Part shown: positions 15,775 to 18,478 of the stretch, piece by piece
How positions within the stretch are numbered: position 1 is the first letter of the stretch
How the letters are laid out: the number at the start of each line of letters is the position of its first letter
From: Promethearchaeota archaeon
GTDB lineage: Archaea > Asgardarchaeota > Lokiarchaeia > Sigyniarchaeales > SOKP01
NCBI GenBank assembly: GCA_011364975.1
Contig: RDOE01000065.1
Span: 1-18,478, forward strand
Reading direction: 5' to 3'
Length of the DNA stretch: 18,478 bases
Made by a program: the position numbers and the translations under genes
Notes under the pieces: generated by a model
The model's database searches: none
Seen by the model: only the letters and a program-made list of their open reading frames with translations
Told to the model about the DNA's origin: nothing

Positions 15775-18477
15775 TTAATCGGTTATTTGTATGACTGCTA
15801 ATGCATTTAAATTAGTATAAAATTTGGCTAAATTGCGTTTCTTCATTTCATTAAGTAAATCTTCATATTCAAAAGCAAGATCATCAACTAATCTTTCGAT
15901 CTTTTTTATATCTTTTCTAATAAAATTGATTTGTTCCTCTAACTCCTGAATTTTCTCTAAGCGCTCCTTCTTTTTGCTTTGATCGGTTAATTTTTCAATA
16001 TTGAGCAACTGTTTTTCTGTGGGTCTCTTTTTTTCTTGGCGTTCCAATGTTTTTTTCAAGGTTTCCAATCTAAGATAGAACATTCTTTTTCGGTATTCAT
16101 AGATTTTCTCTTTTTTAATTTGTTCCTTCTCAAAGATTTTTTCATTTAATGCTTTTATCTCTTTTTTCCAAAGGGAAGTTTTCAACTTTACTCGATCCTT
16201 AGCTTTAATTCTTAAGGAATCAAGCAGTTTAGGATTTATAGGTTCAAAATCGTCTAACTTAATGGTCAGATCAAACAATTTCGCAAAATTATTAATATCT
16301 AATAACGTATCGGGTAGATTTATAAGTTCTAGAAGGTATCCTTGAAATTTAACATTGAAGATGAAGAGATATAATTGATTATGAATTCGAATTTCATTCT
16401 TCAAAAATTCAGGAAGTAATTTTTCTTTTACTTTTAATACAGTAAAATTACCTTTGAAAGAAGTAGATTTGCAAAAATCTATAATAGAATTTATCAAAGG
16501 ATGACCTAAAGCAAAAAAGTCGATATCTTCCCTTTCTCGAGCCAATTCTAAATTAAAGGTACCAACATATTCTTCTTGTAGCTTATAATTATCATTAAAA
16601 GCCTCCATTAATGTGATTTTTATTAGATTATTACTTTTCTTAGCCTCTGGTTTCAGAACTTCATTTATGCTAGCTATAGTTCCATAATTGTGATTTTTAA
16701 GGTCTAAAAAATATTTTGTCAGCAAGAATAATTCATTATGAGACAATTTTACCTCTTGACATGCTTCTAATGAGGTTATTAAATCATCTATCTGGAAGGA
16801 TTTTTTATCAATCAATAAATCATCCAGCTGCATTTCCATTTCTTTAGCTTGTTTGACTTCAAGATCTAATTTTCTATTAAATTCATTCAATTTTTTTCTT
16901 CTAGATCCATCCTCCTCTGTAAAAATAATAGCCTTAATATCTTTCTCGATAGTTCCGATAATGGGTTCTAAATGACCAATAGACTCCTCGAATAAATGTA
17001 TTCTTTTATCTAGTGCAAAAATAATATCAGTTTCGATTGTACCTTCGAGATAAAAATTATAAATATAGATTTCTTTTGATTTTTGACCAATTCTATCAAG
17101 ACGTCCAATCCTTTGTTCTAATTTCATAGGATTCCAAGGTAAATCATAATTAATTAGTACTCTAGCAAATTGGAAATTTCGCCCTTCACCACCTATTTCG
17201 GTTGATATCAGGATAGATAATCCTTTATGATTTCGGAACCTTTCAACAGCATTATCTTTCTCTTCTTTATTCATTCCGCCATAAAAGATTTCAACATAAT
17301 AATCTTCCTTTTGGGATTCAAGAGAATACTTTAAATGGAAGACGGTATCAACAAATTGACTAAATATTATAATTTTTTCATAGGGATTTTGTGCATGAAT
17401 TTGTTTGACTAATTCTATTAATTTAATAATTTTAGAATCATATGGTAAATCCTTTAACTTATTGTAAAATTCTTTTAATATTTTTTCTTGGTTTAATAAA
17501 TCAAGTGCACTCTCATTAGGCTCTTTTTTGTTTTTTTCAATAAAAGAATAGGCAAATTCAGTATCTAAATATTCATCTTCTAATTCGGATTCGAAAAATT
17601 CTGGATCCTCTTCAATTAATTCATCTAAATCAACCGAAATAGTTTTTAAGCGCTGAATTTGTTCTAATCTTCTTTCAAGACTTTTCAAAAATGCGGCTTT
17701 AGAACTAGTGAGAAGTTTTTGTAAGGTGGTAATTACAAAGCCAATTCCTACATTCTCTTTGCTAATTGAGGAATTGTATATTTTAGCTAAATATAATCGA
17801 ATTTCCTTGTATAATTCCATTTCTTGTTTAGAAGGGTTAACCAGTATCGTTCTAACAATACGTTTATTCAAGAGAGTTTCTGCAAAAACGTTTTTTTTGC
17901 GATTTCTAATAAGAAATTGAGAGAGTGTATGATCTTTTTCAATTCTCTTTAATAAATTTGATTTAAACGAATTTTCATTCAATTTATCAAGAACGTCACT
18001 ATCTGATTCTTTTTTGCCAATATAATTAAGATCTCGAAGTAATTTGAAAGTGTTTTGTACTTCAAATTTATTCAATTTGTCAATTTGGTTTAAATTTGAA
18101 ACTAATAAGTTTATAAAAGGCATATTTTTTCTAAAATGCTCAAAATTAGAAAAATTATCGAAAGCTTCCCGCTGTATTAACTCAATAAGAGAATATAACT
18201 CGAAAGAGTGAAGTTGTAAAGGGGTTGCAGAAAGTAATAACATAGATTCAGTAGAAATACTCAATCTACGTGATAATTCAAAATTTAATGTCTCCCGATA
18301 ATTTTCTGTCGCTGCGTTCATCAAGTAACGCCTTAAATGATGAGCCTCATCAAAAATGACAATATCCCAAGAAATTTGTGATAATAATCCCGCATATTTT
18401 CTATTTCGTGCAAATTGAAGAGAACAAATGATTAGATTATTATTATAAAAAGGATTAATATATGTTTCTTGAGTTTT
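15775..18477 (-). CDS. SNF2/RapA-like SF2 helicase/ATPase, 5' end outside the window
   Basis: The frame stays open to the window edge and includes WDIVIFDEAHHLR (DEAH at 18340-18351). Also LLLSATP, IIFSQF, STEIGGEGRNFQ and NYDLPWNPMKLEQRIGRLDRIGQ; long charged coiled-coil C-terminus. Confidence 0.92.
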   Translation of the reverse strand, partial: KTQETYINPFYNNNLIICSLQFARNRKYAGLLSQISWDIVIFDEAHHLRRYLMNAATENYRETLNFELSRRLSISTESMLLLSATPLQLHSFELYSLIELIQREAFDNFSNFEHFRKNMPFINLLVSNLNQIDKLNKFEVQNTFKLLRDLNYIGKKESDSDVLDKLNENSFKSNLLKRIEKDHTLSQFLIRNRKKNVFAETLLNKRIVRTILVNPSKQEMELYKEIRLYLAKIYNSSISKENVGIGFVITTLQKLLTSSKAAFLKSLERRLEQIQRLKTISVDLDELIEEDPEFFESELEDEYLDTEFAYSFIEKNKKEPNESALDLLNQEKILKEFYNKLKDLPYDSKIIKLIELVKQIHAQNPYEKIIIFSQFVDTVFHLKYSLESQKEDYYVEIFYGGMNKEEKDNAVERFRNHKGLSILISTEIGGEGRNFQFARVLINYDLPWNPMKLEQRIGRLDRIGQKSKEIYIYNFYLEGTIETDIIFALDKRIHLFEESIGHLEPIIGTIEKDIKAIIFTEEDGSRRKKLNEFNRKLDLEVKQAKEMEMQLDDLLIDKKSFQIDDLITSLEACQEVKLSHNELFLLTKYFLDLKNHNYGTIASINEVLKPEAKKSNNLIKITLMEAFNDNYKLQEEYVGTFNLELAREREDIDFFALGHPLINSIIDFCKSTSFKGNFTVLKVKEKLLPEFLKNEIRIHNQLYLFIFNVKFQGYLLELINLPDTLLDINNFAKLFDLTIKLDDFEPINPKLLDSLRIKAKDRVKLKTSLWKKEIKALNEKIFEKEQIKKEKIYEYRKRMFYLRLETLKKTLERQEKKRPTEKQLLNIEKLTDQSKKKERLEKIQELEEQINFIRKDIKKIERLVDDLAFEYEDLLNEMKKRNLAKFYTNLNALAVIQITD

Positions 18478-18478
18478 A

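Noticed and set aside
1944-17920. Short plus-strand ORFs (1944, 3024, 3122, 4831, 4938, 7100, 10158, 10682, 12684, 14337, 14580, 17708) and minus ORF 6140-6328
   Set aside because: Antisense shadows of well-supported genes, with no recognisable motifs.
1-18478. CRISPR arrays, tRNA/rRNA genes, IS elements
   Set aside because: No regularly spaced repeats, GC-rich structural RNA segments or transposase ORFs seen.

Overview
AT-rich (roughly 30% GC by eye) prokaryotic window, most genes on the minus strand. Archaeal-style signals (TATA boxes, GTGA/GGGG/GGAG ribosome-binding motifs, TTG starts), the gene content and a selenoprotein with a 3'-UTR SECIS-like element suggest an Asgard archaeon, probably Lokiarchaeia (inference). 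Genes: ornithine cyclodeaminase/alanine dehydrogenase, standalone SIR2-like protein, CPBP protease, cyclophilin-like protein, UroD-family protein, MalY/PatB C-S lyase, acyl-CoA ligase, small His/Lys-rich protein, DUF4184- and DUF998-like membrane proteins, two GPH-type MFS transporters flanking a sulfatase-maturase radical SAM, and a truncated SNF2/RapA-like helicase. Main result: the ORF track misses a 155-aa peroxiredoxin-like selenoprotein (6942-7409, minus) with an in-frame UGA in a UxxC motif. Its 3' UTR has all parts of a eukaryote-type SECIS (AUGA/GA core, 11-bp helix, AA, mini-helix), but in circularly permuted order. One MFS gene appears to start at a CTG codon.
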